Positions 1 through 13,768 are shown, numbered from the stretch's first letter. The stretch: 64,000 nucleotides of DNA from an uncultured delta proteobacterium (GCA_963727445.1 CAVSGI010000020.1:789396-853395); one strand, 5' to 3'. Notes: generated by a model from the letters alone, not told the origin. Numbers and translations are program-made.

Positions 1-466
1 TCACGTCTTCTCCGATCCCATCGACGGTGAGCACCGCCGCCTCTGCGAAGGGTGAGCAGTAGAAGGCGCTCGCCGCGTGGCTCTCGTGGTGGGTGCGGTG
101 GTGCACGCGCGTCCGCGCGATGCCGAGATGGTCGGCCAGCTGGTCGAGGACCCAGAGCTTCTGCCCGAGCTGTGAGGCGATGGCGCGGGGGAACTGACGG
201 ATGGAACGCGGGAAGGTGCCGAGCAGCGACGTGAGGACGCGTTCGACCTTCGCGTAGGGGTCCTCGTAGTAGACCACCGCGTCGAGGGCGCGCGCGTCGA
301 GACCAGCGTGGCGCAGGCAGGCGTCGATCGCTGCACGTGGAAGGGACGCGTCGTTCTTCCACCGGCTCAAACGCTCCTCCTGGATCGCGCAGACGATCTC
401 GGAGTCGACGACCAGCGCGGCGGCGGCGTCGTGGTAGTAGGCGCTGACCCCGAGGACCGCGGCCAT
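1..466 (-). CDS. Carbamoyltransferase (NodU/CmcH/SxtI family), N-terminal part; runs off the window edge
   Basis: Not in the ORF track. My translation from ATG 466 reads MAAVLGVSAYYHDAAAALVVD...QEERLSRWKND...HHESHAASAFYCSPF...VLTVDGIGE, with the classic YHD, EER and HHxSHA motifs. ATGA overlap with the upstream gene. Confidence 0.93.
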   Translation of the reverse strand, partial: MAAVLGVSAYYHDAAAALVVDSEIVCAIQEERLSRWKNDASLPRAAIDACLRHAGLDARALDAVVYYEDPYAKVERVLTSLLGTFPRSIRQFPRAIASQLGQKLWVLDQLADHLGIARTRVHHRTHHESHAASAFYCSPFAEAAVLTVDGIGEDV

Positions 467-1155
467 CAGGCGTCCGGTGGCAAGAAGCCTCGGCGCGGCG
501 GGCGCAGGAGGCGCGTCAGAAGGCCGAGGGGGGCCGACGCGAGGTAGAGCAGCGTCGCCACCAGCGCCCAGAGGAGCTCGGCGGTCGCGCGTCCCTTGCG
601 CCGAAAGGCCCGGCCGGCCTCCCAGAGGGTCACGCGGCGGAGCGCGCGCCTCGCGCCGGCCTCCCCGCCACAGAGCTCGACCAGCAGGGCGCGCGTGTAC
701 CTCTCGTGACGTCGTTCGTCCTCGAGGATCCCCTCGAAGGCGGCGGCCATCGCCTCGTCGCCGCGGTCTTCGAAGTAGCCTCGGTACGCTTCGAACTGCG
801 CGCGCCCGCGCGCCTCCCCCCGATGAGCGAAGGCCACGAAGCCCTCTTCGCCCAGCCGGTCATAGAGCGCCTCGACGTCGGCATCGAAACGGCGCGGGCG
901 CGCCCGTCCGGCGGCGAGGTCGTGCGCGCGACTCTTCGCGGCGAAGAGCTTGGCGTGACGCGCTTCGTCTCCGGCGTGCTTCAGATAGAGCGCAGCGCGT
1001 TTCGGCGACTCGGTGGCGGCCGCCGCGAGGAGGAGATCGCGCCGGCTCCCTTCCTCTGCGCGTGCGAAGGAGGCGAAGGTCGCGGCGGCCCGCCGGTCTC
1101 CAGCGAATGCGAGCGGCGCGAAGAGTCGGGCGAGTCGAGGACGCAGCCCGCTCAT
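466..1155 (-). CDS. Ferritin-like (diiron carboxylate) protein with a C-terminal SxtJ-like membrane segment
   Basis: Motifs AEE...DEARH and GEARG...DERRH, plus hydrophobic tail LLWALVATLLYLASAPLGLLTRL. ATG 1155 overlaps the upstream stop. Confidence 0.75.
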   Translation of the reverse strand: MSGLRPRLARLFAPLAFAGDRRAAATFASFARAEEGSRRDLLLAAAATESPKRAALYLKHAGDEARHAKLFAAKSRAHDLAAGRARPRRFDADVEALYDRLGEEGFVAFAHRGEARGRAQFEAYRGYFEDRGDEAMAAAFEGILEDERRHERYTRALLVELCGGEAGARRALRRVTLWEAGRAFRRKGRATAELLWALVATLLYLASAPLGLLTRLLRPPRRGFLPPDA

Positions 1156-3453
1156 GGCCGACAGATCTCCGCTCCCTGCCAGGGCGTGCATCGGCCGTCC
1201 TCGCACGGGCGCGCGTCGCTGCAGAGCGCGAAGCAGTGCCCGGTGGCGCCCGCGTTCGCGCGGCCCTCACTGCAGGGCGGCATGGTGAGGGGATCGCCCC
1301 GCACGCAGCGCAGGAGATCCGCGCATCGGTCGGCGTACGCCTCGAAACATTCGGCGACCGGGGAGCCGTAAGCGGTCTCGCAGGTCGGCGCGCACTCGCC
1401 CGTCGGCCAGCCCTGTTGCACCTCGCAGATCGACTCTCCGTAGACCTCGAGATGACAGGCGCAGATCCGCTCCGCGCGCTCGTCCTCGGTGAAGGGCCGC
1501 GCGTCCCCGGGGACCGGGTCCTCGAAGTACATCTGCGGTTGCTCCTGGCCCTCGGGCCAGCGCACCACCAGACGCTGCCGCCGGTCCTCCCAGAAGAAGT
1601 CCGCCTCGAGGCCCTGTCCCTCGAAGATGGGGGCGATCAGCGTCGCGGCCTCTGAGGTGGTCAGCGCCAGCGCTTCGCCCAGGCCGCCGTCGACGATCTC
1701 GATCCCGCTCGGCACCTGACGGCGCCCCTCGCGGATGCAGCTCACGCGGAGCCATTCGCGGATGCGCGTCGTCTCGCAATGCGCCGCGCTCGAGCCGCGC
1801 ACGATCGCTTCAGGCGTGTGGATCCACTCCTCCGGCGCGGGGACGCGACTTCGGTCCTCGGGGATGCCCGTGTCGGGCATCCGCAACGGCGCCGGCGCTT
1901 CCATCGCCTCCGCCACCGCGCTCGCTACCGCCCGCTGCCCCTTCGCCGTGAGGTGCAGATCGCCGTCGAGGAAGGCGCCCGGTTCCGCCTCGCGCAGCGC
2001 TTCGGTGGGATCGACGGCGCGCGAGCCCATCCGGCGTGTCGTCGCGACGAGGTCGTCGATCAAGATGCGCGTCGGCTCCATGTCGAGGGGCTCTTCGTCG
2101 TACTTCGCCCACTCCTCGTCGGAGACCATCACGTCCAAAGGCAGCGCGACGACCATCAGCTCGGCGTCGTGGGCGTCGGCGATGGCGCGCGCCTCTTCGA
2201 TGCGGGGGGCGAGCACGCTCGGCACCGGCGCGCGCCCCACCGCTTCCCCGAGGGCCTCCGCGCGCTCGGCCTCGAGTCGATCGCGCTCGTGCACCGCCGA
2301 CTCCGCCTCTCCCGAAGCCTCACCGGCGCGCGTCTGCGCCAGCATGCGCTCGCGGAAGCGCACCGCCTGGCGGATGATGCGCGCGGTCAGGGCGATCTCC
2401 CGCCCCTCCTCCACGTTGTCCTCGCGGACGATGTCGCCCGGTCGTCCGCGCGCGGCCTGGATGCGCAGGAAGTTGTTCCGCCCAGCCTCTTCGTAGTCGA
2501 AGGCGTCCTCGTTGTGCTCGTAGATCAACGTGTCGATCCGACCTTCGACGTCGTCGAGAGACAGGTCGAGGCGCGCGAGGCGCTGGCGCTGATCGACCGC
2601 GGAGGCGAGGAAGACCTCCTCCGACTCTTCGTGCTCCTGACTCGAACGCTCTCCCGAGGAGAGCAGAATCTTGCCACGAGCCCTCGGAGGGGAGCCCGGC
2701 GACCTCCATCGACGTCGCGTGTTCGTCGAGGAAGCGGCGCAGGGCGTAGACCAGATGGCTCTTCTGGAAGAGCAGAGAGCGACCAGGAAAGACGGTGATG
2801 GTCTCGGGCGCCGTCTCGGCGCGGACCGCCCACCCATCCCATACCGCGTGCCGAAGCCGATTGGGACGGTCGGTCTCGAAGAGGTCGTTCGCCATGTTCA
2901 CGACGTAGACCACGGTCGAGACGTGGCGGTCCGCGAGCACCTCTTCGATCACCGCGTTGTACTCGAGGGGGCCGTAGGTCGGCACGCCGCCGTTCAGAAC
3001 GGGCCGCCCGAGGAGCTCTTCGAGCACGGCCGAGAGCGTCTCGTCCTCCTCCACGCCGAGGCCGAAGACCTGCGAGTCGCCCACCACGAGCACCTCGTCG
3101 TCGCCGGAGGCGGGCCACTCCCCGCCGCGATATCCCCGACTATCGATCCGGATGTCGGTGATCGGGTTGTCGCGGAACTGCAGCCGCTCGGAGGCCCCCG
3201 GCTGCATGCGCACACCGAGGTCGGTGTCGGCGACGTAGATGTTCACGTGGGGGAAAGCGCCGTCGTCCCGCAGCCAGAATGCGCCCTCGGCGATGACGAG
3301 ACCCAGCGTGAGGCCGAGCGCCACCGCCAGGAGCGCCCGGCCGACGCGCCGCTTCTTCGGCGGGGGCGGGGTGGAGGAGATGCGCTCGGTCTCGAGCGGC
3401 GGCGCCTTGGGCGGCAGGGTGCGGGGCCGCTGCGGATCGTCCTCGAGGCTCAT
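1152..3453 (-). CDS. Membrane-anchored SGNH/GDSL hydrolase-fold protein with Cys-rich C-terminus (frameshift at ~2667)
   Basis: N-terminal TM helix, GDSQ block I, NGGVPTYG block II, ND block III. The DGDLH catalytic block lies in the 1152..2837 frame. The frames join if one base at GAATC 2666-2670 is removed. Confidence 0.8.
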
Positions 3454-4659
3454 GAACCTTCACTCCCCGAGTCCGCCAATCGCCGGAGCGCGGTGGCGAG
3501 CACCGGCCTGTGGCGAGCCTCCCTCGTTCCGTCCCCGAGCTGACCGTGGGTGTTCTCGCCCCAGCAGGCCACGTCGCCGTCGGCGAGGAGGGCGCAGGCG
3601 TGCATGGCGCCGACCGCGACCGCTCGCGCATCCTCGATGCCCTCCACCGGTGCGGCCGCGCCGTAGACCGGGCCCTCGTCTCCGCGCGCGGACGCAAGGC
3701 TCTGCCGGTAGCAGTGGACGCGCCCGGCGTCGGTGACGGCGCAGACCTCCCATGGCCCGACGCCAATCGAGAATCGCCCGCTCGCCTTCGATTGGAGGGA
3801 GGGTCTCGTGCGTCCCGCCGAGGGGGGTGGTTCCACCCGCGCGCTCCACCCCATAGGAGCCCCAGCAAGAGATCGCACCCTCGCCGCCGAGGGCGCAGGT
3901 CTGCACCGCCAGGTCGTGGCTCGCGATCTGAGTGACGCCTTCGATGGCGGGTACCAATTGGGGAACGGCGCGGGAGCGTTCGGACGCTCCGCCCATCTGT
4001 CCCCGCCGATTGTCACCCCAGCAGGTGACGCGCCCGTCGCGGTGCCGCGCGCAGGTGTGTGTCGCGCCCGTCGCCACTTCGGCGACGTCGGCGACGCCGG
4101 GGACCCACCAGTCGTGACTGCGAAAAGGCGACGCACTCTGTCCCCATCGGTCGTCCCAGATGCAGCGGACATGGCCGTCGGTCAGCAGTGCGCAGAGATG
4201 CTCGCCGCCCAGCGAGGCCTCGGTCACGTGCGGAAGCCCCACGCCCTGGGGGCGATTGCCGCCACCGTAGCGACGTGGCCAACAGGTCAGCGCCTCCCCG
4301 TCGGACCAGGCACACGCGTGATGTTGGGAGAGGGCGAGGCCCTGCTCCGCGGCGAAGCCGTCGATAACCGTCAGGTCGCCGTCCTGCTCTTCGCTTCCGA
4401 ACGCCGCGCGGTTGTCGCCGAAGCAAGCCACGCGCCCGTCGCCGAGGACCGCGCAGGTGTTGTAGTAGCCGGCGGCGAGGGCGATGGGCCTCAATGGCTC
4501 GGGGAGGTCGAGGTCGCCGAGCGGCGGCGCCTCTTCGGTCTCCGCGGTCGTGCTCTCGTCGGCGAGCTCGGAGAGATCGGGGCGCACGCGCACCTCTTCG
4601 CATCCACCCGTCACGAGGACGAGGGCCACCGAGAGACGGGCCGCGGCCGGTGCGCGCAT
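3450..4659 (-). CDS. RCC1-repeat lipoprotein (frameshift at ~3772)
   Basis: Lipobox-like VTGGC and repeats such as GATHTCARHRDGRVTCWGDN and GAMHACALLADGDVACWGENTHGQLG. The frames join at GAATC 3771-3775. Confidence 0.85.
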
Positions 4660-4688
4660 CGGCGGGAGTATGGCACGGTCGTCCGCGA

Positions 4689-5627
4689 TCAGGGCACGAC
4701 GGGCAGGGCCCTCTCGCTCCGCGACCGACGACCTCGAGGTGCGTGCGCCCCTTCGCCGACGAAAAGCGATGCGATCGCGGGGAGCGTTCCGGATGGGGCG
4801 TTGGTGGAACGGAGCTCGCGTCCGCCCAGGCGTTCGACGTAGAGCGCGTCCACACCGGGGCAGCGCGCGCGTGACGGGCACGCGTCGCACACGGCCACGT
4901 ACGCGCGGGGATGCGCCGGCAGCGCGTGTTCGGCGAAGGGGCCGAGCAGACAGAGCGGTGCGCCGGAGAGGAAGCTCGGGAGCGCCGCGCGGCGGGCGCG
5001 CGCGAGCGCGTGGAGCGCGTAGGGGAGCGCGACCGAGAGGCGGGGCAGGATGCGAGGCGCGGCGTCTTCGGCGCGACCGGCGGCGACAGGCAGCGAGATG
5101 CACCAGGCCTTCACCCCGGCCGCCGAGAGCAGGGTCGGCAACTCCGAGAGGACGGCCTGGTTCGAGCGGGTGAGCACCGTCGTACAGACGACGTCGAGGC
5201 CCGCCTGTCGCGCGGTCTCGAGGGCGCGTCCGATGCGGGCGAAGCTCCCGGGGTGGCCCGTGTGATAGTCGTGCACCTCGGGCCGCGCGCCGTGAAGCGA
5301 CAAGTGCACGTCGGTGAGCCCCGCGTCGCGCAGCCGCGCTGCGGCGGTTGGATCGTCGCCGAGGAGCGCACCGTTGCTCTGAACGCCGACGCGAGAGAAG
5401 CCGCTTTTTTTGAGGCGCCCGAGGATCGCTTCGATGTCGCTCACCCCCAGCGGCTCGCCCCCGGTCAACGTGACCGCGTCCTGCTCCGATGCGGCGAGGG
5501 CTTCGATGCGCTCGTCGAGTGACGGGCCCTCGTCTTCGAGCCCGTCCTGGCAGCAGAAGACGCACGCATTGTCGCATTCGAGCGTCAAACGGAGCGTCGG
5601 GCGGGTCGGGGTCGCGCGGGCCAACAC
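4689..5627 (-). CDS. Radical SAM protein, HxsC-like subfamily
   Basis: CDNACVFC, TGGEP, QSNG, PLCLLG and C-terminal CDACPSRARCPG. Start is GTG 5627 or TTG 5624. Confidence 0.9.
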   Translation of the reverse strand: MLARATPTRPTLRLTLECDNACVFCCQDGLEDEGPSLDERIEALAASEQDAVTLTGGEPLGVSDIEAILGRLKKSGFSRVGVQSNGALLGDDPTAAARLRDAGLTDVHLSLHGARPEVHDYHTGHPGSFARIGRALETARQAGLDVVCTTVLTRSNQAVLSELPTLLSAAGVKAWCISLPVAAGRAEDAAPRILPRLSVALPYALHALARARRAALPSFLSGAPLCLLGPFAEHALPAHPRAYVAVCDACPSRARCPGVDALYVERLGGRELRSTNAPSGTLPAIASLFVGEGAHAPRGRRSRSERALPVVP

Positions 5628-5685
5628 GCTGAGGGTAGAGAGCCCCGGGTGGCGGTCAAGCCGAGGCCCCGTAACATACGAGGGC

Positions 5686-6612
5686 TTGCCCCTCCTCGAC
5701 GTCATCCTGGGTTACGACTGCAACCTCGCATGTGACTACTGCACCATCTCGCCGGAGATGCGCGCGCGCGCCATCGATACGCGCGCGGTGGCCTCCGAGC
5801 TCCGGCGCGGGCAGGCGGACGGATACGACCGGGTCTCCTTCACCGGGGGCGAGCCGACCATCCGCGCCGATCTGCTCCCGCTGATCCGCGAGGCGCATCG
5901 CCTCGGCTACGGTGACATCAAGGTTCAGTCCAACGCGCTCCTCTTCACGCCTTCGAACGTCGCCCGGCTCGCCGACGCCGGCGCGAACCGCTTTCACGTA
6001 TCCATCCACACCCACCGGGCGGATCGGTACGACGCCCTGGTTCGCCGTGAGGGCGCGTATCCCGCGATGGTCGCGGGGCTCGACGCGGTGATCGCCGCTG
6101 GCCATCGTCTCACCGTCGATCTCATCATCAAGTCGGACACCCTGGCGGACCTGCCGGACGCGGCGCGCTGGCTCCACGCGCGCGGCGTGCGGAGCATTCA
6201 CCTCTGGTTCGTCTCCCTGACCGACGAAAACCGCGACAACCTGGCGTCGCTCCCCAAGATGAGCGCGGCCATACCCCAGGTGAGCGAGGTGCTTCGGCTG
6301 GCCGAGGCCGAGAGCTTCGAGGTGCTCTCGCTCCACATCCCGCGCTGTCTGTTGGGTCCCGAGAACGTCGCCCACGCCTGGGACCCCGGCAGAGACGACG
6401 TGCGCGTCGTGACGCCCGACGCGACCTTCCAGCTCGAGCGGTCGAAGATCACCGGGCAGCGTCACGTGCCCGCCTGCGACGGGTGCGAGTACCGGGAGAT
6501 CTGCCCGGGCTTGCGCGACGACTACCTCGAGGTGTACGGCGACATCGAGGTCGCCGCGGTTCGAGGCGTGGCCTCCTCGGTGCCGCCCACGCGCGCTCTG
6601 CCGGTCCTCTGA
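5686..6612 (+). CDS. Radical SAM protein, HxsC-like subfamily
   Basis: CNLACDYC, TGGEPT, QSNA, PRCLLG and C-terminal CDGCEYREICPG. Probable TTG start at 5686. Confidence 0.9.
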   Translation: MPLLDVILGYDCNLACDYCTISPEMRARAIDTRAVASELRRGQADGYDRVSFTGGEPTIRADLLPLIREAHRLGYGDIKVQSNALLFTPSNVARLADAGANRFHVSIHTHRADRYDALVRREGAYPAMVAGLDAVIAAGHRLTVDLIIKSDTLADLPDAARWLHARGVRSIHLWFVSLTDENRDNLASLPKMSAAIPQVSEVLRLAEAESFEVLSLHIPRCLLGPENVAHAWDPGRDDVRVVTPDATFQLERSKITGQRHVPACDGCEYREICPGLRDDYLEVYGDIEVAAVRGVASSVPPTRALPVL

Positions 6613-6616
6613 GCGC

Positions 6617-7404
6617 TCAGCGTCGAAACGGTCCACGCGCTGGATGCCAGAGCCGGCCTTCTCTCATCGTCCCGTTCTCCCTGAGGGCGAAGTCCACGAT
6701 CAACACCGTCTCTTCGCATCCACAGGTCGGTCCCTCGGGCGAGCCCAGGTCCTGGCAGTCCGCGGTCCGGGTGCCGCGCCGGTAGCGAATCCGGATGACG
6801 CGGCCCTCCTCGCTCTTCAGCGCCAGTGGGGGCGTGTCGGTCCAATAGCCGTGCGGGCCACACTCGCTGGGCGCCCCGCCGGCCAGGGGGATCCGCGCCC
6901 GAAGGGCGAGGTTGCCCGCCACCGCGCCGAAGGCGAGGAGCTCCTCGTCCACGCCGCGCATGTCACTGCCGGGGCCGCGCTCCAACACGACCACGAGCTC
7001 GCTGTCGCCGTCGCCATCGGTGTCCCACAGATCCCAGTCGAAGCGGACGAAGGGGCGCGGCTCGAGGATCATCTCGAGGCCGCCGGTCAGCCGCGCGAGG
7101 CCGGCGGTGGGCGGGTCCGGCTCGGGTGCGGGGTCGCAGTGAAAGGCCGGGACCGGGCTCTCGCACGGCGCCTCTCGGCGGTCGCCGGCGTCGGCGAAGA
7201 GGACCACGCGCTCTTCCCCCATGCGAAAGACGAAGGCCGCGGTGATCGTGCGATCCGCCCGGGCTTCCTCGAGGGCCCTCACGGCCGCGAGGCGTTCGTC
7301 GTCGCTCCCGCGCGTCACGGGCTGCGCCGCGGCGAGCGCTGGAAAGAGCGCGAGAAGGATCGTGGCGAGCAGCGCCCGGGCCAGGCCTCGGCGCGCGCGC
7401 CGCC

Positions 7405-7408
<4 letters not shown>
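6617..7408 (-). CDS. Hypothetical secreted protein
   Basis: GTG 7408 overlaps the speA stop. Signal peptide (LLATILLALFPALAAAQ) and a DTDGDGDSE Ca-binding-like loop. Confidence 0.6.
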
Positions 7409-9305
<1,897 letters not shown>

Positions 9306-9319
<14 letters not shown>

Positions 9320-9869
9320 TGGCAGGCGCCATGATGGCACGTTCCGCCGAGGCGTCGAATACCTCACGGTGCACCCGAAGGTCGTCGGTGAGCTCCGGGT
9401 GGAAGGTCGTCGCATGGACCGAGCCCCGGACCACCCAGACCGGGTCGCCACGATAGGTCGCGCGGGCGGCGACACCGGGACCGACGCGGCGGATCCGGGG
9501 GGCGCGGATGAGCACCAGTGACAGCGCGGTGTCTGCGTCGGCCTCGCCGATGCAGCTGTGGAGCTGCGAGCCGTAGGCGTTGCGCGTGACCGTCAGGTCG
9601 AGGAGGCCCAGGCGCACGAGGGCGAGCAGACCTGCGCACGTGGCCAGCGTCGGCAGCCCCTCTTCGACGGCGCTTCGCAGTGGCGCCTCGAGGCCGGCCC
9701 GTTTCCAGAGGAGGGCCTGGGTCGTGCTCTCGCCTCCGGGCAGCACCAGACCGCCGAGACCCTCCAGCGCTTCGGGCGTCCGAACCTCGCGAACCGCGTG
9801 CCCCAGGCTCTCGAGGGCGCGGCGGTGCGGGGCGACCGCGCCCTGGAGCGCGACGATACCCACCCGCAC
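9306..9869 (-). CDS. pdxT: PLP synthase glutaminase subunit
   Basis: ALQGA, PGGEST, ATCAG, RNAYG, IRAP, FHPE motifs; next to pdxS. Confidence 0.95.
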
Positions 9870-9870
9870 T

Positions 9871-10752
9871 TCAGGACCCGCGGGCGCTCAGGCGCTCGGC
9901 CTGCGCGAGGTCCATGCTCGCGAGCCCGCGCATGGGGGCGCCGAGGTGAGCGCTGATCGCCAAGAGGCGCTGGGGGTCCTGGCAGTGGGCGACGGCCTCC
10001 ACGATGGCGCGGGCGCGACGCGGGGGGTCGTCGCTGAGGAAGATACCGCTACCCACGAAGACCGCTTCGGCGCCCAGGGCCATGCAGAGGGCGGCGTCTG
10101 CGGGGGTGGCGATGCCGCCGGCGGCGAAGCTCGGCACCGGGAGCTTTCCGCTCTTTGCGGCCGTCTCCACGAGGGCTCGCGGCGCGGCGAGGCGTTTGGC
10201 CTCGGCGGCGAGCTCCGCCGGGTCGAGCACCGTGAGGCGGCGCAGCTGGGCGCGGATCTTCCGCAGGTGGCGCACGGCTTCGACGATGTCGCCGGTGCCG
10301 GCCTCGCCCTTGGTGCGGATCATGGCGGCCCCTTCGGCGACGCGGCGGAGGGCTTCGCCGAGGTCCGTGGCGCCGCAGACGAAGGGGACGGCGAAGGCGT
10401 GCTTGTCGATGTGATGCTCGTCGTCGGCTGGGGTGAGCACCTCGGACTCGTCGACGAAGTCGACCTCGAGGGCCTCGAGAATCTGCGCCTCGACGAAATG
10501 GCCGATGCGGCACTTGGCCATGACCGGGATGGTGACGGCTCTCTGAATCGCCTCGACGAGGGACGGGTCCGCGGCGCGCGCCACGCCACCTTCGCGCCTG
10601 ATCTGTGCGGGCACGCGCTCGAGGGCCATCACCGCAGCGGCGCCCGCCTCTTCGGCGATGCGCGCCTGTTCGACATCGACCACGTCCATGATGACGCCGC
10701 CCGCGAGCATCTCGGCGAGGCCGACCTTGGTCTCGAAGCTGACAACGTTCAT
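9871..10752 (-). CDS. pdxS: PLP synthase lyase subunit
   Basis: [45 protein letters not shown]. Confidence 0.98.
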   Translation of the reverse strand: MNVVSFETKVGLAEMLAGGVIMDVVDVEQARIAEEAGAAAVMALERVPAQIRREGGVARAADPSLVEAIQRAVTIPVMAKCRIGHFVEAQILEALEVDFVDESEVLTPADDEHHIDKHAFAVPFVCGATDLGEALRRVAEGAAMIRTKGEAGTGDIVEAVRHLRKIRAQLRRLTVLDPAELAAEAKRLAAPRALVETAAKSGKLPVPSFAAGGIATPADAALCMALGAEAVFVGSGIFLSDDPPRRARAIVEAVAHCQDPQRLLAISAHLGAPMRGLASMDLAQAERLSARGS

Positions 10753-10777
10753 CTCACTCTCCTCTTCTTTCAGTGCC

Positions 10778-12292
10778 TCAGATCACGCTGGGGGAAGGGG
10801 GGCGCGGCGCGTCCCCGTCGGCGAGCACCTCTTCGATGGCCGCGCCGAGGCGGGCGGCGCCTTCGCGGAGCCGGTCCGGAGGCTCGTAGCCGAAGACCAG
10901 ACGGAGGCCGCGCGCGGGGCGACCGTCGACGCGATGGAGCTCGCCCGGGATGACCAGCACGCCCCGCGCCGCGGCGGCGGCGTACACCCGCACGACGTCG
11001 GCGCTGTCGGGGAGCTCCAGCCAGTGGGTGATCCCGCGGTGCGCCGGCGTCCACCGGACGGAGGCGGGGAGGTGCGCGCGCAGGGCCTCCTCCATCGCGT
11101 CGCGGCGTTCGGTGTAGAGGGCGCGGGCGCGGGCGAGGTGGGCCTCGAGGTAGCCGCGCTCCATGAACTCCGCGAGGGCGTACTGGATCAGACCGCTCGA
11201 GCCGAGATCCATCGCGTGCTTGAGGGTCATCAGGTGGGGGCGCAGCCCGGCGGGGCAGACCAGATAGCCCACGCGCAGCGCGGGGATGAGCTTCTTGCTG
11301 TAGGTGCCGATGTGCAGGACGTCGCCGCTCATGGCGCGGAGCGGCGTCGGGGGCGGGGTCTGGTCGAAGCAGAGGTCGGCGGCGTAGTCGTCCTCGACGA
11401 TCGGCACCGACGCGGCGTGTGACCACGCGACGAGCTCGCGGCGGCGCGGCACGGAGATCTCGCGGCCCGTGGGGTTGTGGTGATCGGGCATCACGTAGAG
11501 CAGGCGCGCGCCGCTCTGCGCGGCCTCGAGGCTCTCGAGGGTGGGGCCTTCGTCGTCGGTGGCGACCACCGAGAGGCGCGCGCCGAGGCTGGCGAAGAGG
11601 CGGAGTCCGCCGGCGTAGGTCTGCTCCTGAAGCAGCAGCCGCTCGCCCGGATCGACGAGCGCGCGGACGACGAGGTCGAGCGCCTGCTGGCTGCCGCTGG
11701 TCACCAGGATGTCGTCGGCGGTCGCGGGCACGCCGCGCCGCACCGAATCCTCGGCGATCTGTTCGCGCAGCGCGGGCACCCCTTCGCGGGGCGCGTAGCC
11801 GAGGATGCGCGCGCCCTTGTCGCGCAGGACGTGTCGCAAGCAGCGCGACAGGAGCACGTCGGGCATGAGCTCGGCGGGCGGCTGCATGCGGCTCAGGTCG
11901 ATCATCTGGACGTGGCTCGGTGGGCGCGGCAGGCGCGCGAGTCGCCCGAGGGGCTCGGCGTCGAGGGCCCGAGAGGTGAGGGAGGACCAGCTGAGCCCGC
12001 TTGTGGGCGGCCCGCCTTCGTGAGGGGGCGCGGGCCGCTCGGTGGCGAGGACGAAGGTGCCGCGCCCCACCGTCGAGGCGACGAACCCCGCCGCCTCGAG
12101 CGCCTCGTAGGCGCGCACCACGGTGTTCCGGTGTGCCCCCAGCTCCTCGGCCAGGGCGCGCGTCGGCGGCAGGCGATGCCCGGCCGGCAGCGCCCCATCC
12201 CGGATCCGCCTCACCAGCGCATCGAAGATCTGGCGATAGAGTGGCTCGGCTCGATTTGCGTCGACGACAAGACCAAGGCTCGCAGCAGGCAT
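10778..12292 (-). CDS. MocR/GntR-family PLP-dependent transcription regulator (PdxR-like)
   Basis: N-terminal GntR HTH ([23 protein letters not shown]) plus aminotransferase-like domain (NPTG, EDDY, TYSKKL). Confidence 0.93.
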   Translation of the reverse strand: MPAASLGLVVDANRAEPLYRQIFDALVRRIRDGALPAGHRLPPTRALAEELGAHRNTVVRAYEALEAAGFVASTVGRGTFVLATERPAPPHEGGPPTSGLSWSSLTSRALDAEPLGRLARLPRPPSHVQMIDLSRMQPPAELMPDVLLSRCLRHVLRDKGARILGYAPREGVPALREQIAEDSVRRGVPATADDILVTSGSQQALDLVVRALVDPGERLLLQEQTYAGGLRLFASLGARLSVVATDDEGPTLESLEAAQSGARLLYVMPDHHNPTGREISVPRRRELVAWSHAASVPIVEDDYAADLCFDQTPPPTPLRAMSGDVLHIGTYSKKLIPALRVGYLVCPAGLRPHLMTLKHAMDLGSSGLIQYALAEFMERGYLEAHLARARALYTERRDAMEEALRAHLPASVRWTPAHRGITHWLELPDSADVVRVYAAAAARGVLVIPGELHRVDGRPARGLRLVFGYEPPDRLREGAARLGAAIEEVLADGDAPRPPSPSVI

Positions 12293-12359
12293 TGGCCTGA
12301 GATTGGGTCAGCAACCGACCGCGAGCAATGGACAAAGGCCCAATCCAAACCATCCATTG

Positions 12360-12389
12360 TGGACCAATGTCTCCGGACGGATTGGTCCA
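12360..12389. promoter_or_regulatory. Inverted repeat, probable MocR operator
   Basis: TGGACCAAT-N12-ATTGGTCCA, plus further ATTGG/CCAAT half-sites at 12291-12355, upstream of the MocR gene. Confidence 0.6.
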
Positions 12390-12420
12390 ATCGGGACGGG
12401 CCCGCCCGAAAGTCAACAGG

Positions 12421-12914
12421 CTAGGACCGTTGTCGTTTTTCCAAGGTCACGAAGCGGATGCCTTCGGTCTCGGCGGGCTCCTCTTCGGTCTCGGCCCATT
12501 CGTCGCCGAGGGGGGGAGGAAGGTGTCGCCGTCGACGTGGCGGTCGACGCGGGTGAGGTGGATCCGGGTGGCGAGGGGGAGGGCGGCCTCGTAGATGGAG
12601 GCGCCGCCGATGACGAAGGGCGCGGGGTCGGTGGTCCAGGCGCGCTCGAGGGCTTCTTCGAGAGAGGCGACGACCTCACAGCCTTCGAAGGCGGCGCCCG
12701 CGCGGCGGGTGATCACGATGTTGCGGCGCTTCGGCAGGGCGCGGCCGATCGATTCGTGGGTCTTGCGGCCCATGATGATGGCGTGGCCCTGGGTCAGGCG
12801 CTTGAAGCGCTTGAGGTCCTCGCCGATGTGCCAGGGCAGGTCGCCATCTTTGCCGATGCACCCGTTCCGCGAGGCGGCGACGATCATCTGGAGCTCGCGA
12901 TCGCCCTCGCTCAT
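12421..12914 (-). CDS. folA: Dihydrofolate reductase (homopolymer frameshift at 12510-12516)
   Basis: [40 protein letters not shown]. One extra base in the G7 run restores ...PPLGDEWAE...[12 protein letters not shown] ending at 12421. Confidence 0.95.
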
Positions 12915-13768
12915 ACGGAGACGGCCGCCTTGATGTGGGGATGCGGGTCGTAGCCCTCGAGCTCGAAGTCCTCGAAGCGGAACGCGTAGAGGTCCTTCAC
13001 CTCGGGGTTGATCTTCATCCGCGGCAGCGAGCGCGGCTCGCGGGCGATCTGCATCATCGCCTGCTCGACGTGGTTCTTGTAGAGGTGAACGTCGCCGAAA
13101 GAGTGGATGAACTCGCCCGGCTTCAGTTCCGTCACGTGCGCGATCATCATCGTGAGCAGCGCGTAGCTCGCGATGTTGAAGGGCACCCCGAGAAAGACGT
13201 CGGCGCTCCGCTGATAGAGCTGGCAGGAGAGCTCACCGTCCTGGACGTAGAGCTGGAAGAGGGTGTGGCAGGGCGGCAGCGCCACCAGCTCGGCCTCTTT
13301 CGGGTTCCATCCGGTGACCAGGATCCGCCGGCTGTTCGGGTTTTCGCGGATCAACCCGAGCGCGCGCTCGATCTGATCCACCCCATCGTTTCGGTACTTG
13401 CCGTCCTCGCCGAGGGTCGCACCGAAGTTCCGCCATTGATGCCCGTAGACCGGGCCCAGGTCTCCCGCCTCGCGCCCGAAGCGCGCGGTCTGCTCGGCCG
13501 TGGCCCACTCGTTCCAGATCCGCACGCCCGCTTCCTGCAGCGGCTCGACCCGCGTCTCCCCCCGCAGAAACCACAAGAGCTCGTGGATGATCGACTTGAG
13601 GTGCAGCTTCTTCGTCGTCAGGAGCGGAAACCCCTCGCTCAGATCGAAGCGCATCTGGTGGCCGAAGAGGCCGAGGGTGCCGGTGCCCGTGCGGTCACCG
13701 CGCTCGCGCCCCTTTTCGAGGAGGAGCTTCAGGAGCGCGAGGTACTGGTCGTCGACGTGCTGCTTCAC
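12911..13768 (-). CDS. thyA: Thymidylate synthase
   Basis: [47 protein letters not shown]. Confidence 0.98.
   Translation of the reverse strand: MKQHVDDQYLALLKLLLEKGRERGDRTGTGTLGLFGHQMRFDLSEGFPLLTTKKLHLKSIIHELLWFLRGETRVEPLQEAGVRIWNEWATAEQTARFGREAGDLGPVYGHQWRNFGATLGEDGKYRNDGVDQIERALGLIRENPNSRRILVTGWNPKEAELVALPPCHTLFQLYVQDGELSCQLYQRSADVFLGVPFNIASYALLTMMIAHVTELKPGEFIHSFGDVHLYKNHVEQAMMQIAREPRSLPRMKINPEVKDLYAFRFEDFELEGYDPHPHIKAAVSV

Noticed and set aside
1..3453. Saxitoxin biosynthesis cluster
   Set aside because: Only an sxtI/J/L-like cassette is present, with no sxtA or sxtG; such cassettes are widespread.
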